DNA from: Octopus sinensis
Lineage: Eukaryota
Direction: 5' to 3'
NCBI RefSeq assembly: GCF_006345805.1
Contig: NC_043010.1
Span: 17,608,001-17,672,000 of the forward strand
DNA: 64,000 nucleotides
The notes below the pieces were generated by a model. It was given only the letters and a program-made list of their open reading frames with translations. It made no database searches and was not told where the DNA came from. Positions 63,590 to 64,000 of the stretch are shown here, in pieces (positions within the stretch are counted from its first letter, which is position 1; the number at the start of each line of letters is the position of its first letter). A program made the position numbers and the translations under genes.

Positions 63590-64000
63590 TGAGATCCAAC
63601 ATTTCTTCACTTTTTCCAGAATTTCTTCTCTTTATTTTTTTTTTTTGCGAAATACGGAGTTTATGATTCATGTGTGAGTGTGTGTTCTTGATAATCGTTT
63701 AGAACAAGTAGTTTTACGCCAATTACACTATTTTTTCTTAGTTTAAAGGCCGTGGACTGAAGATGGGAAATTTCCGAAGCATCTCCCCCACCCCCCTTTC
63801 GCGAGCGCGCATTTTTTTCATGATAGTCGTTTAGAGCAAGTTGTTTTACACCTATTACGCTGTTTTTGTTTTTGTTTTTGTGCCCGGTTCAGACGCTTTC
63901 GGAAATTCCCGATATAAATATTCCGAGGCCTCTCCCCCACCCCTCTTTCGCGAGAGCGCATTTTTTTTTGTCATATTCGTTTAGAGCAAGTTGTTTTACA
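63590..64000 (-). repeat. Inverted GC-rich subrepeat arm (copy 3, runs off the window)
   Basis: Reverse complement of about 62510-62937. Confidence 0.9.

Noticed and set aside
60588-64000. CRISPR-like array
   Set aside because: Units are 130-150 bp, degenerate and lack unique spacers; eukaryotic context.

Overview
AT-rich, repeat-saturated eukaryotic genomic DNA. The repeat families and microsatellite load resemble a coleoid cephalopod (octopus-like) genome; this is an inference, not tested. I cannot confidently call any intact host gene, and most entries in the ORF track are microsatellite or antisense artefacts. The window is a mosaic of: one young 5'-truncated RTE LINE with an uninterrupted 2.4 kb ORF and an embedded PHD-type finger; two clusters of R4/Dong-like (RT plus RLE) retrotransposon pieces sitting in (AAT)n tracts; a full-length but frameshifted Tigger/pogo transposon; an RT-less Gypsy LTR element; Helitron and Helentron-type non-autonomous elements; a Merlin-like MITE containing TTAGGG repeats; a piggyBac remnant beside long fold-back repeats; and three or more tRNA-derived SINE families. 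The most notable signal is a set of minimal type I hammerhead ribozyme (HHR) motifs, one fully canonical at 31911-31973 (-). They lie in Penelope-like terminal repeats, and several are preceded by an inverted copy of their own 3' half. Possible decayed exons of an unidentified minus-strand gene lie between about 36.7 and 46.9 kb. Coordinates were read by eye; degenerate boundaries are approximate.
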